This document shows, piece after piece, positions 40,099-50,945 of a stretch of DNA of 64,000 nucleotides. Numbering within the stretch: the stretch's first letter is position 1; the number at the start of each line of letters is the position of its first letter. The stretch is from the sequence record SRR31156797_1217; one strand, 5' to 3'. The translations under genes were made by a program, and so were the position numbers. The notes below the pieces were generated by a model. It was not told the origin of the DNA. It worked only from the letters and a program-made list of their open reading frames with translations, and made no database searches.

Positions 40099-41709
40099 TT
40101 ATAACATTCCTGCTACTTTTAACAGGGTGAATTCCACAGTGTCTTCATCATACTTCACCTGATCTCCAGTATTTTGCGACGCTATTTGTGTCAATAATTT
40201 TTCTGCCAGAACCTTGCCCAGCTGCACCCCTTCCTGATCAAAGGAATTAATGTTCCAACAAAATCCTTGATACACAATTTTAGCTTCATAAATCGCGAGC
40301 AGGCTACCCATAATTTCCGGGGTCAACCTGTCTGCCAATAAAATTGAGCCAGGTCTGTTTCCCTGAAACTTTCTGGCCGGATTTTCATTATCCCTACCAG
40401 TTGCCATTGCCAAAAACTGGGCCAACATATTTGCGACCAATTTCTGCTGAGAAGTTGTCCCGGCAACCGATATATCTTCACCGTACTGGCAGGAACGAAA
40501 ACCGATAAATTCAACTGGCACTATTTCCGTTCCCTGATGGAGCAATTGATAAAAAGCATGCTGTCCATTGGTACCAGGTTCTCCCCAGACAATAGGTCCT
40601 GTTTTCCATTGCACTTTTGTTCCCATCCTGGTCACGGATTTACCGTTGCTCTCCATGTCGCACTGCTGCAGATGGGCTGCAAACCTCGACAATGCCTGAC
40701 TATAGGAAAGAACAGCAACTGTCGGATACCCCAAAAAATTCCTGTTCCATATACCCAGCATGGCCATTAGCAGCGGTATGTTGTGCCTTACATTACGTTG
40801 TTCCGCTGCACCATCTACTCCATTTGCTCCACGCAACATTTCAACAAGCCCTTCATACCCCAAAACAAACCCAAGGGTCACGCCGCCAACCATTGAGGTA
40901 GCAGAATATCTTCCCCCGACATAATCATACATGTAAAAAGAAGCGAGATACTTATCCGGATCATCCATTGGACTGCCCTTTCCTGTCACAGAAAGCACAT
41001 GAAGAGCAGGATCGAGACCTGCATTTCGTAAAGCTTGACGAACCAACCTTTCATTGGTGAGTGTTTCAAGGGTAGTCCCACTTTTCGACACCACATTTAT
41101 CAATGTACGTGACAAATCAACCCCACCCAGCACTTCTGCAGCGTCATCAGGATCAACATTGGCTATAAACTGTGCTGTCCTTCCCTGAAGACGATATGGC
41201 TTTAATGCCAAATACAGAGCCCTTGGACCAAGATCAGAACCACCTATACCCACTTGAACCATGGTGGTAAATTTCTCGCCTTTTGCATTGACAATGTTTC
41301 CACTGTCAACAGCTTCCAGAAATCGCCTCAGTTTAAGTAATTCCTGTTCAGCCTCGCTTGATGCCTGTTCAGCGTGACGAGGGTCTGTAAAAATATCGCG
41401 ACAAGCAGTGTGCAGCACCTGCCGGTCCTCACTTTGATATCCTTTGATGGTATTAATAACCTCGCCACTCTTCATGGCAAGAAACTGGTCCACCAAACCG
41501 GCTTGATCGGCCAGGTCCTGCAGTGCATCAATCACCTTGTCATCAATACGCTGACCAGCATATAAATATTCAAATCCATTTGCCGAACAACGATACCCTT
41601 GAATACGTTCAACAGATAAACCCTCTGGACCACTCAAGTCATGAGGATCTGCAGCCAATGCTGACAAAGTTGCAACAGCAGGCAGTTGATTGAAATCGTG
41701 ATACTTCAT
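40099..41709 (-). CDS. pgi: Glucose-6-phosphate isomerase
   Basis: GIGGSDLGP, SKSGTTLET, GGRYS, MESNGK, GTNGQHAFYQL, FDQEGVQLGK. Confidence 0.96.
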   Translation of the reverse strand: MKYHDFNQLPAVATLSALAADPHDLSGPEGLSVERIQGYRCSANGFEYLYAGQRIDDKVIDALQDLADQAGLVDQFLAMKSGEVINTIKGYQSEDRQVLHTACRDIFTDPRHAEQASSEAEQELLKLRRFLEAVDSGNIVNAKGEKFTTMVQVGIGGSDLGPRALYLALKPYRLQGRTAQFIANVDPDDAAEVLGGVDLSRTLINVVSKSGTTLETLTNERLVRQALRNAGLDPALHVLSVTGKGSPMDDPDKYLASFYMYDYVGGRYSATSMVGGVTLGFVLGYEGLVEMLRGANGVDGAAEQRNVRHNIPLLMAMLGIWNRNFLGYPTVAVLSYSQALSRFAAHLQQCDMESNGKSVTRMGTKVQWKTGPIVWGEPGTNGQHAFYQLLHQGTEIVPVEFIGFRSCQYGEDISVAGTTSQQKLVANMLAQFLAMATGRDNENPARKFQGNRPGSILLADRLTPEIMGSLLAIYEAKIVYQGFCWNINSFDQEGVQLGKVLAEKLLTQIASQNTGDQVKYDEDTVEFTLLKVAGML

Positions 41710-41721
41710 TGGTTCTCCCCT

Positions 41722-42393
41722 TCAGCTATGGTGAGAGGTTGCCAGCAGTCGTAACTCATCTATAACTGCACCGTAGTTGTCCGCCCCATAAACTGCTGAA
41801 CCTGCGACAAAAATATTTGCTCCAGCCGCTGCTATTCGCTCGATAGTAGTCGGACTGACACCACCATCAACCTCGATTCCCGCATCCGGGTTGACCCGAT
41901 CAAATGCTGCTCGAAGGTCGGAAATTTTCTCGACGCTCGACTCGATAAACGATTGGCCGCCAAACCCTGGGTTAACACTCATTAGCATCACCAGGTCAAC
42001 CTCTTCCAGGACATAATCCAAGGTAGCCAATGATGTGGCGGGGTTAAGTACTGCTCCCGCCTTTTTCCCTAACGCTTTAATTGCGCCGATGGTTCGATGC
42101 AGGTGCGTGCATGCCTCCACATGAACGGTTATCCAATCTGCACCAGCATCGCTAAAAGATTCTATATACTGATCAGGATTACTTATCATAAGGTGCACAT
42201 CTACAGGAAGACTGGTCACCTTACGAACGGCTTTCACCACCATTGGCCCCATGGTGATGTTGGGAACAAAATGACCATCCATGACATCAACGTGAATAAC
42301 ATCAGCACCGGCCTGTTCAACCGCCCTGATTTCGTCGCCAAGTCTGGTAAAATCGGCAGAAAGAATGGAGGGGGCTATCATTGTTGATCGCAT
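41722..42393 (-). CDS. rpe: Ribulose-phosphate 3-epimerase
   Basis: [36 protein letters not shown]. Confidence 0.97.
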   Translation of the reverse strand: MRSTMIAPSILSADFTRLGDEIRAVEQAGADVIHVDVMDGHFVPNITMGPMVVKAVRKVTSLPVDVHLMISNPDQYIESFSDAGADWITVHVEACTHLHRTIGAIKALGKKAGAVLNPATSLATLDYVLEEVDLVMLMSVNPGFGGQSFIESSVEKISDLRAAFDRVNPDAGIEVDGGVSPTTIERIAAAGANIFVAGSAVYGADNYGAVIDELRLLATSHHS

Positions 42394-42513
42394 TACAGAG
42401 TCCTATAATATAATTTATCCATGAGTTGTGGAGTGAAAACACTCACTCTTAATTAGCATTCAGCCTACTGTAAATAAATTGAAATGAGAAGTAAAACGAC
42501 CTATCAGAAATAC

Positions 42514-43629
42514 CTACACTATTTTTTCGTATTGCTGGCCTGGGAGCTGCCTTACCCAGCCCTTCAGTTCTAACTGCAGGAGCAGCATGTGGATTTCATT
42601 GGTTGATAAACCAGACACCCTGGCGAGGGTATCTATATCCACAGGATAGACATCGAGAAAAGACATCAGCACCTCTTCAGCTTCACTTTCCATGCTCTCC
42701 CTTTCTTGCGGCGAAGTTTCAGTAGAAACAAAATCGCACAGCAGCTGCAATTCTGCCACAATGTCATCAACTCCCTGCACGAGGTGCGCCCCTTGCTGAA
42801 TTAATCTGTGACAACCACTGCTTTTCACAGAATCAATACGGCCTGGCACTGCAAACACATCACGCCCCTGATCAAGTGCCAGACGTGCTGTAATTAAGGA
42901 GCCAGACCTTTCTGTCGCCTCAACAATTATAATGCCAACGGCAAGGCCGCTTATGATTCTATTACGTACAGGAAACCTAAATCCCTCCGGTTTGCTGCCC
43001 AAGGGGTACTCAGAAACGAGCGCGCCATGTTCAGCAATCTCGGCAAACAATTTTTTATTGGACTTAGGATAAGTAACATCGATACCGCACCCAAGGATTG
43101 CTGCTGTTTTCCCACCAACCTGAAGGGCGCCGCAATGTGCTGCAGAATCGACACCGTAAGCTCCACCAGAAACAATGGTCATTCCATGACCGCAAAGCCC
43201 ACGAGCCAAAAGTTCACTTGTCCTTTTACCGTATTCTGTTGCTGCTCGAGACCCGACTATGGCAATGACAGGTTTCTCAAAAATAGAAAATGACCCTTTA
43301 TAATACAGTAGCAATGGCGGTTCTTGGATATTACGAAGCGATGCAGGGTAATCGCTGCAATGGAGTGAGAGAAGAGAGATATTCTTATGAGTCAAAAAAT
43401 TCAACTCATCAACTGCCCGTTTCTTGGCAGCATTGACACAGGAAGTGTCAGAGATTCGGCGACAGAGCTCCGGCCCTACCCCGGCGACCTGCCGCAATTG
43501 ATCGCCAGCAGACAAGACTTCAGCGGGTGAACCAAAATATTGAACAAGTTTGTTTGTAAGAGCACACCCAAGACCGGGTATAAAGCCAAGCGTCAACCAC
43601 TCTTGGGCGAGTGGACAGATTTCCGCCAC
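42514..43629 (-). CDS. dprA: DNA-processing protein DprA
   Basis: AIVGSR, VSGGAYGVD, FPVRNRIISGL, EA.ERSGSLITA, FAVPG. Confidence 0.95.
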   Translation of the reverse strand: MAEICPLAQEWLTLGFIPGLGCALTNKLVQYFGSPAEVLSAGDQLRQVAGVGPELCRRISDTSCVNAAKKRAVDELNFLTHKNISLLSLHCSDYPASLRNIQEPPLLLYYKGSFSIFEKPVIAIVGSRAATEYGKRTSELLARGLCGHGMTIVSGGAYGVDSAAHCGALQVGGKTAAILGCGIDVTYPKSNKKLFAEIAEHGALVSEYPLGSKPEGFRFPVRNRIISGLAVGIIIVEATERSGSLITARLALDQGRDVFAVPGRIDSVKSSGCHRLIQQGAHLVQGVDDIVAELQLLCDFVSTETSPQERESMESEAEEVLMSFLDVYPVDIDTLARVSGLSTNEIHMLLLQLELKGWVRQLPGQQYEKIV

Positions 43630-43633
43630 AACC

Positions 43634-45229
43634 TTAATCGCTCATAAAGGCCTGCAGGTCACCACTTCGTGAAGGGTGACGAAGTTTTTTGATGGCTTGT
43701 GCCTCAATTTGTCGAATACGCTCTCTGGTGACAGAAAAACACTGACCGACCTCCTCCAGAGTGTGATCACATCCTATCTCTATCCCATATCGCATTCGTA
43801 AAACTTTTTCTTCACGGGGGGTGAGTGACCCCATGACAGTACAGAGACAACGTTTCAGGCTTTCGGTAATCGAATTTTCCTGCGGATCCGGATGGGCATG
43901 ATCCTGAATAAAATCACTGAGCATTGCATCTTCTTCGTCACTCACAGGAGCATCAAGGGAAATCGCATCCTTTGCCGTTTTTAAAGCGATGGTGACCTTG
44001 TCGACATCGGTACCTAACTGGTCCGCCATTTCTTCAGGTGTAGGTTCACGGCTTTCCAGCCGCTGAAAATCTTTGGAGAAACGGAGCATCCGGTTGATCG
44101 TTTCGATCATATGAACAGGCAGGCGAATGGTGCGTCCCTGATCAGCAATCCCCCGGGTTACTGACTGCCTGATCCACCAAGTGGCATATGTGGAAAATTT
44201 ATATCCCCGCTTATAGTCGTATTTCTCCACCGCCTTCATCAATCCTATATTACCTTCCTGAATAAGATCGGGCAGCTGCATACCGCGGTTGAGGAATTTT
44301 TTTGAAACAGAGATAACCAGTCGCAAATTACCTCGGACCAATGCTTCCTTGGCTTGCTTCGCGATTTCTCTGCCAAGTTCAATATCCTGCTGTACCTCTG
44401 TAAAAGCAGTCCAACTCACACCAATGGTCTCTGCAAGTTCCAGGGTGACTCGTCGTTCTATTTCTGCAGGAGAGACATTGTTCTTACTCCCAGACTGGGA
44501 CAATTCTCTTCTGGCAGCAAGCAGTTCACGCTGCTGTGCAACCACCCGGACCCGGTTAAATTTCCCGCTTAACTCTTTTACTGCGTCAGCGACGGAAAGC
44601 AATCCTTTTGAACACAGGCGGTACTCACGAAAAAGGTTAGAGATATCCCAACCTGTCTGGATAATATCTGCCAATATCTGTTGCTCTGCTTCTGTACCAC
44701 TTACATTATTTTTGAGCTGAACAAACAGATCCCGTCGCCCTTCATCAATCCCATTGGCCACTTCAACCTGATCAAGAAATGAATTACGAATTTCCTTCAG
44801 CCTTTCAGGGTCATTCTCAGACACGCCCCTGATAACCGTGTTAATCCGCAGACTGCCTCGCAGAATATTTTCGGCTATATCGTTGAGCGCAGTGACACCA
44901 AGGGTTAGACGCAGAACAGCGAACTGAATTTTCGATTCGCCTTCCTCCACCATCTTAGCGAGTTCTATCTCTTCGGCCTGACTCAGAAGACGCTGACTCC
45001 CCATCTCACGGAGGTAAATGTTCATGGGGTCGATACTCGTCCCCTCACCCCGCCGGTCGGTACTCCGTCGCTCCTCACCAGAACGTCTTTCTACCCTCTT
45101 CCGCCGCTCTTTCACCACTTTTTTGGTCACTTTTTTGGTCACTTTTTTGGTCGCCGTTTCTTGATCCTTTTTAGCATTAAGATTGCCCTTTACTGCATCT
45201 TTTTCAACACGAACATGCGTACTATCCAT
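43634..45229 (-). CDS. rpoD: RpoD-like sigma-70 factor (divergent, no acidic region 1.1)
   Basis: Region 1.2 DPMNIYLREMG, DLIQEGNIGLMKAV, FSTYATWWIRQ, TLEEVG..F.VTRERIRQIE; downstream of dnaG. Confidence 0.85.
   Translation of the reverse strand: MDSTHVRVEKDAVKGNLNAKKDQETATKKVTKKVTKKVVKERRKRVERRSGEERRSTDRRGEGTSIDPMNIYLREMGSQRLLSQAEEIELAKMVEEGESKIQFAVLRLTLGVTALNDIAENILRGSLRINTVIRGVSENDPERLKEIRNSFLDQVEVANGIDEGRRDLFVQLKNNVSGTEAEQQILADIIQTGWDISNLFREYRLCSKGLLSVADAVKELSGKFNRVRVVAQQRELLAARRELSQSGSKNNVSPAEIERRVTLELAETIGVSWTAFTEVQQDIELGREIAKQAKEALVRGNLRLVISVSKKFLNRGMQLPDLIQEGNIGLMKAVEKYDYKRGYKFSTYATWWIRQSVTRGIADQGRTIRLPVHMIETINRMLRFSKDFQRLESREPTPEEMADQLGTDVDKVTIALKTAKDAISLDAPVSDEEDAMLSDFIQDHAHPDPQENSITESLKRCLCTVMGSLTPREEKVLRMRYGIEIGCDHTLEEVGQCFSVTRERIRQIEAQAIKKLRHPSRSGDLQAFMSD
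45116..45151. repeat. In-frame 12-bp tandem repeat x3 (TKKV) in the sigma factor N-terminus
   Basis: (cacttttttggt)x3, perfect. Confidence 0.9.
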
Positions 45230-45449
45230 TACCTCACCCCAAGATAACAATCCAAGTTATGAAAAAGAAGCTTTGACCAAGCAGCCCCTGAAAAGGCAAT
45301 AAAAAATGCAACATCAGCCAGTTAGAGGCCCGCAGCCCTTAAGACACGTAACTATCTAATTACACGACATTTTACGAAAAAAAAAACGTATCCTCAAACC
45401 CACACCCAAATAAATACAATTTTGTAAGCTACCAGATTTTCACATTTTT

Positions 45450-47249
45450 TCAACAGGTTATATCAGGACCTCGTCCTTTTTCTCTCAGAATCATTTTTTT
45501 CTTCAAAAGTTCCATCAACAATCCAGTATCTCCCCTTTGCTCAGCATCCCTGATTTGTTCTTGAAGGCGAAGGCCTTCCTCCTGATCTGAGACACTTTTA
45601 AGCCATCGCACTAACTCATGCAGCATACCATGCACCATCTCTTTATTTCTTTCGCTGCCTGCCCCGCCTTCGCTCATGAGCAATTCTGCTACATACTTGC
45701 GTTCCTTCTCTTCCACCAACAATGTCAGCAACTGCTCCGGAGCATTACTTCCCTCTCCCTGCAGCCTCTCGAGCAAAGCGATAATACGCTGCGATATATC
45801 TCCCTTAACGACCATTCGCATGCCAGCTTCCTGCAATTGATCCAAATATTCAGGATAAAGGATAAGAAATTCGATTAACTGTCGTTCCTGCCGTGGCAAG
45901 TTAAGAAACCCTCCTTTTACAGGAATCGACCTCACAGGAGGCGGCTCAACGATCTTTCCGTCCATAAACTGTCCAGGATCAAGCCCCAGTTTCTCGCTAA
46001 AATGGGCAACCATCAGCGCCTTTTGAGAGACATCTGCGGCCTCCTGCAACACAGGTTTCAACTCTTGGATAATCTTGGCTTTTCCATTAAGGTTCAACCC
46101 GTGTTGCTGCACAAGAGTGTCAAAGAAAAACTCTGCCAGGGGACGGGCAGCATCAACGTGTTTCATAATAGCGGCCTGCCCCTTTTCTCTTACCAGGCTA
46201 TCGGGATCCTGCCCCTGGGGTAAAACTGCAATGCGGCAATCGAGCTGTTCTGCAAGAAAAAAAGGAATACTGCGCATCGCCGCCTTCAACCCAGCGGCAT
46301 CAGCATCAAACAGCAAAACAACCTCGCTGCAATAGCCTCTAAGCGTCTTGACATGGTGCTTTGTCAGCGATGTCCCCAGAGGTGCCACGACGTTATCTAC
46401 TCCATGTACAGCCAGCAACAACAGGTCAAAGTTCCCTTCTACAACCAGCGCAGTCCGAGCTTTTCTGATTGCCTCCTTATGTTGATACAGTCCGAAAAGA
46501 AGACGATTTTTTTCAAAAACAAGACTTTCCGGGGAATTCATGTACTTGGGTTTACCTTCACCAATAATACGCCCACCAAAAGCGACCACTCTGCCCGTCA
46601 TATCAAGAAGAGGAAACATGATCCGAGAACGAAACCGATCATAAAAACCTCCCCTCTCTTTCTCGACTGCCAGGCCTGCTTTTTCAATCGCCTTTTGCGA
46701 TAGGGACAGTCTGCGCAGTTTATCTGTCTGATAACTCCACCCTACAACATCCACAGACGGAGCAAATCCAAGCCGGTACTTTTCCACAAAAGTACTAGGA
46801 ACGCCTCTCTGCTCAAGATACTTCCTTGCTGCAGCAGCCCCCTCACCACTGGCGAGGCAACGTTGGTATAGGTCTACAGCTGCCTCATTAACTGTATACA
46901 AAGACTCACGCTCTTGGAGACGTTTTTTGTCCCCCTGGCTCATATTCTTTTCTGGCAAGGCAATCTGATATTTATCGGCCAGAGTTTTCAGCGCTTCCGG
47001 AAATTCCAAATGATGATATTTCATAATAAACGAAAACACATCACCTGATTCACCACAGCCAAAACAATGAAAAAATTGTCGTTGAGGGTTCACGGAAAAA
47101 GAAGGTGTTTTCTCGGAATGAAAAGGGCACAAACCGACAAAACGAGTGCCAGCTTTTTTCAAGGTCACATACTCGTTGATCACTTCAACGATATCTGCCG
47201 ACTCCCGCACTAAACTCTTGATATTATCGCGGATACTATTACTGATCAT
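45450..47249 (-). CDS. dnaG: DNA primase
   Basis: CPFHSEKTPSF..CFGC zinc finger, DRFRSRIMFP, KYMNSPE, TOPRIM EG..D and FDADAAG. Confidence 0.97.
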   Translation of the reverse strand: MISNSIRDNIKSLVRESADIVEVINEYVTLKKAGTRFVGLCPFHSEKTPSFSVNPQRQFFHCFGCGESGDVFSFIMKYHHLEFPEALKTLADKYQIALPEKNMSQGDKKRLQERESLYTVNEAAVDLYQRCLASGEGAAAARKYLEQRGVPSTFVEKYRLGFAPSVDVVGWSYQTDKLRRLSLSQKAIEKAGLAVEKERGGFYDRFRSRIMFPLLDMTGRVVAFGGRIIGEGKPKYMNSPESLVFEKNRLLFGLYQHKEAIRKARTALVVEGNFDLLLLAVHGVDNVVAPLGTSLTKHHVKTLRGYCSEVVLLFDADAAGLKAAMRSIPFFLAEQLDCRIAVLPQGQDPDSLVREKGQAAIMKHVDAARPLAEFFFDTLVQQHGLNLNGKAKIIQELKPVLQEAADVSQKALMVAHFSEKLGLDPGQFMDGKIVEPPPVRSIPVKGGFLNLPRQERQLIEFLILYPEYLDQLQEAGMRMVVKGDISQRIIALLERLQGEGSNAPEQLLTLLVEEKERKYVAELLMSEGGAGSERNKEMVHGMLHELVRWLKSVSDQEEGLRLQEQIRDAEQRGDTGLLMELLKKKMILREKGRGPDITC

Positions 47250-47496
47250 AGCAAAACTGACTACATCCCCTGGCTGCAATGAAAAAAGTCTTCACGGTAC
47301 AGTAGATTTCTTTTAAAATAATGAGTACCTATTAGATACACTTACAGATGCCAAAACGGCTTGACGTTACAGTTCCGGCAGCTAAATTTACACACACAGT
47401 GCCTGATTGATTTTTCTCAAGGCACAGGCCCCCATATATTGACAGCAAACCAGACACGTTCCAAAGCATTTCTTTTTACTTCCATTAACCATTCTC

Positions 47497-48222
47497 ATGA
47501 CTGAACTTGACCAAATCCTTTCCCTGGAATTTAAAAAAGAGATTGCAGATCGTTATTTTGGATTTCGCAAATTAATCGAAGATGACATCCATGCCTATAA
47601 TGAACAACTCCTTGTCTCGTTCCGCCACCTTGAACAAACCATAGGCTTAGACCTTATAAGGCTCTACATCCTTCTCAACCAGCCAAAATTGGTTGAAAAA
47701 TTTTCCGCGATCACCGGTCTTGACGATAACATTTTTTTCGACCCTTACCTGCTGGAATCACCATCCATCAGAAAAAGAGTGTTCTATGGCTATCGGGGCA
47801 AAGGATTGACAAAACGAAGACGATTCACCCGTCTCTTCCTGGAAATCTACAATGAACTCGATCAATACCTGGAAAGCTACGATTTTACCCTACAAAAACT
47901 CATCAGTGAGCAGGAAACCATCACTGAAGAAATCAAATTGTTTTACAGAAACAACGACTTAAGCTCCATTTTGGGATTTTTCAGAAACCTCGACTCCGAG
48001 GGCTTGGCACCATCTCTTGCAGCTTCAGGAGAAATACAAGCTGAAGGCGATGCACGACTCGCCAACAAAATGCGTGTCCAGCAGCCTCAGACGGTTGATA
48101 AAATTCTGCCTGTCATGAAACCACTCAAATCTTTTAAAAGTATTAAGTCACCGCTTATTCAACTCATCCACCAAGCCTTTGACCAACAAGGGCGACCGGA
48201 CACGCAGCTCATCTGCAATTAA
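47497..48222 (+). CDS. Hypothetical protein
   Basis: 241-aa ORF; EFKKEIADRYFGFRKLIEDD, FFDPYLLESP; no family recognised. Confidence 0.75.
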   Translation: MTELDQILSLEFKKEIADRYFGFRKLIEDDIHAYNEQLLVSFRHLEQTIGLDLIRLYILLNQPKLVEKFSAITGLDDNIFFDPYLLESPSIRKRVFYGYRGKGLTKRRRFTRLFLEIYNELDQYLESYDFTLQKLISEQETITEEIKLFYRNNDLSSILGFFRNLDSEGLAPSLAASGEIQAEGDARLANKMRVQQPQTVDKILPVMKPLKSFKSIKSPLIQLIHQAFDQQGRPDTQLICN

Positions 48223-48228
48223 TTTCAT

Positions 48229-49182
48229 ATGGACAATTTTCCATCGCTTTTTTCCGCACTGGGAGCAGTACTTACAGGCCTACTCATGCTCGTTGCGGGG
48301 GGAGAATCTCTTGTGCACGGATCAACCCGGCTTGCGCAACGACTGCAGATGCCTGCCTACCTTATCGGCTTGACAGTGGTTGCCTTCGGCACATCAGTTC
48401 CTGAACTTTTCATAAGCCTGACAGCCTCATTCCAGGGGCATCCCGACATTATGATAGGCAACGTCATTGGCAGCAACATTGCTAATGTGGGGCTCATCAT
48501 GGGATCCTGCGCTCTTCTGGCCCCTCTACAGATGGACCTCAAAGAAGTATGGACAGAACTGTTGATAGTCATTGCAGCCAGCATATTCCTGATTTTTTGC
48601 AGCGGGTACGGAGTGTTTCCACGCATTGTCGGCATCATGTTCATCATTAGCCTGGTAGGATACACCTACTTGACATACGCTAACCATAACAACGGGCTTC
48701 CCCAAGACCATAAACAACAAAACAGAGCATCGTCACGATACGCGCCCCTTTTCATTCTCCTGTTTATCGTTACCGGGCTTGTTTTATTGGCAATTGGTGC
48801 CACAGTTTTTATTGAAGGTGCGGTAAGCGTTGCCAGATTTTTCGGGATAAGTGAACTGGTCATAGGCTTGACTCTGGCAGCAGTGGGAACATCGCTGCCG
48901 GAACTTGCAGCGAGTATTGCAGCGCTTCGCCAAAAGGAAACAGCGCTCCTGCTCGGCAACATTATCGGTTCCAATATGTTCAACCTGCTGATGGTACTGG
49001 GCCTTACAGGCCTGATCAAACCATTTGCCATTGACCAGGCACTTTTACAGCGGGATCTTCCGGTCATGTTTGCCTTTACCATTGTCATCATCCCCATACT
49101 ACTCAAGGACGGCAGAACAAGAAAGTGGCATGGTATTTTGCTCCTCTGCGCTTACACAGGGTACTGCATAAGCCTTCTTTAG
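48229..49182 (+). CDS. Ca2+/Na+ antiporter (YrbG family)
   Basis: Two alpha-repeats: GTSVPE..GNVIGSN and GTSLPE..GNIIGSN. Confidence 0.92.
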   Translation: MDNFPSLFSALGAVLTGLLMLVAGGESLVHGSTRLAQRLQMPAYLIGLTVVAFGTSVPELFISLTASFQGHPDIMIGNVIGSNIANVGLIMGSCALLAPLQMDLKEVWTELLIVIAASIFLIFCSGYGVFPRIVGIMFIISLVGYTYLTYANHNNGLPQDHKQQNRASSRYAPLFILLFIVTGLVLLAIGATVFIEGAVSVARFFGISELVIGLTLAAVGTSLPELAASIAALRQKETALLLGNIIGSNMFNLLMVLGLTGLIKPFAIDQALLQRDLPVMFAFTIVIIPILLKDGRTRKWHGILLLCAYTGYCISLL

Positions 49183-49207
49183 AGCACAGCAGAGGCAAGA
49201 AAAAGGA

Positions 49208-50662
49208 TTAGTGCTTCACCCATTCTTCCATACGCTCAAGGGGAAAAATACAGTTTGTCTGAAAATCAACACTGCATGCTCCCTGCTCTTCAACACCTTG
49301 GTGAATAACAGACACTGGGCGATCTGAAGAGACAACCACAACAATGATATTTGCATGTTCGGCCGTGAAACGCAGCGCCGAGTTATAACGGGCACCTCTG
49401 GCAAGATCCTCACCAGCAAAGGAACGACCGTCCAAAAGACAGGCAAAACCATGAAGATGCTGATCTGCACCAATATGCAGCGCGCCGTCAACCTTTGCCA
49501 GCGACTTCGCCAAATTCAAGGTATGGGGTTTGCGCAAATCCAGTGAGGGAACAATTTTTTGTCCGGAAATATTTATAGGCAGCCGATTGAGATCAAGCAC
49601 AATGGTGCAGCCATGCTTACGAAGCTGAGCATGATGTACGAGACTCACCGCAATTTTAAACAAAAAATAACAATCAGCTTTATCCAGAGTAGACTCAAGC
49701 AGCAGCTCTTCAAGCTGGACCAGCTTCGCCTGAAAGGTGGTTGAACCAAACCGACCACCGGCAAAGCTGCATACTTTATTCTTGTTTACCTTAAGAAAAC
49801 CGTGTCTGCCTTTAAAATCAGCTCGTATCGAAAAAGGCGGCAGGGTTGCATCACAAATACCAAGAATGAAACGACCATCGCTCACCAGTCGCCTACTTGA
49901 GTTATCCACCGAAAGTAATAATTTACACACATGCTTATTATTAGCCAATAGTGGCCGCTCCTTGTCCTCAAACTTGACTAAGAACTGAAGACAATCAACC
50001 ATACTTGGATCGACAAACAATAACTGTCCTTCCGGCCACAGCCCCTCTTCGCGTGTCTCTGAAATTCTAAGGATGGCATCCAAAACCGGATAAATACGGA
50101 TAAGAGAATCCCATCCCAGCAGCATATTCATCTCATCTACAAGGTGATCCCGAACAGCATGAGTGGCGTACTCTCTTAAAAAATACCCGGATATCCCTGT
50201 ATACAGTTCCTTTTCATTCGCCATATCGTGGGAAAAACGCCAAACTGCATGTTCCAGCCAGCGCTCTGTTGGCCCGGTGGAACAAAGGTCTGGATGATGC
50301 TCTGTGAACCAACGCTGAAAAAATAACGCTCCGGAATAGCCTCCATTGGAAAGCAAACCTGCCAGCCCGAGATCCTTAACTGCATGTATTTCTGCAAAGC
50401 GCCTTTTATCAGCAGGAACAATAACGTCATTCCGCCACTGCTGGTCATCGAGATACAGTGCTTTAAAAACAGGCTCATGGCCCTTGAGCAGATTCTGCGG
50501 ATCACATACCATCAAAGGTTCATATGGGCCAAGTGCAAAAATAACAGCTGCTCGACTGACACCGGAAAAATGAGAGAGCCCGTCACTCAACCCATTTAAA
50601 ATATCACTGGCACAGCGCTTCAAAAAAGAATTTGCGATCTCACTCACCATGGGCGATAACAT
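49208..50662 (-). CDS. DisA_N/DAC (diadenylate cyclase-like) domain protein with long N-terminal region
   Basis: C-terminal HGCTIV, VDGALHI, RGARYNSA, VVVSSD; start uncertain. Confidence 0.8.
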   Translation of the reverse strand: MLSPMVSEIANSFLKRCASDILNGLSDGLSHFSGVSRAAVIFALGPYEPLMVCDPQNLLKGHEPVFKALYLDDQQWRNDVIVPADKRRFAEIHAVKDLGLAGLLSNGGYSGALFFQRWFTEHHPDLCSTGPTERWLEHAVWRFSHDMANEKELYTGISGYFLREYATHAVRDHLVDEMNMLLGWDSLIRIYPVLDAILRISETREEGLWPEGQLLFVDPSMVDCLQFLVKFEDKERPLLANNKHVCKLLLSVDNSSRRLVSDGRFILGICDATLPPFSIRADFKGRHGFLKVNKNKVCSFAGGRFGSTTFQAKLVQLEELLLESTLDKADCYFLFKIAVSLVHHAQLRKHGCTIVLDLNRLPINISGQKIVPSLDLRKPHTLNLAKSLAKVDGALHIGADQHLHGFACLLDGRSFAGEDLARGARYNSALRFTAEHANIIVVVVSSDRPVSVIHQGVEEQGACSVDFQTNCIFPLERMEEWVKH

Positions 50663-50945
50663 TCTCCATTTATAACCATTTTCCCCCCTCAAACCACGCA
50701 ACTAAAATCAAGGGTAACAAATCCGCGATTCGCGCGTCAAGGTGATATTTGTCCGCCGACTCAGCCATCCTTTGCGCACGCCTGAAACTGCATACAAAAA
50801 ACGACAACGATAGCTTATTACCCTGCTTTCAGGACGATTAAGAATATGCAGGCTGATTTTTGATGACAGCCAAGAACAAAAAAGACTGGACAAAGTCGGC
50901 AACTCTTCTATGGTAACCAACCAAGAGCATAAAGAACAGTTAACT

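Noticed and set aside
45450-45455. dnaG ends in Cys-TGA (possible CU motif)
   Set aside because: No SECIS-like hairpin seen downstream; the primase C-terminus is not a redox site
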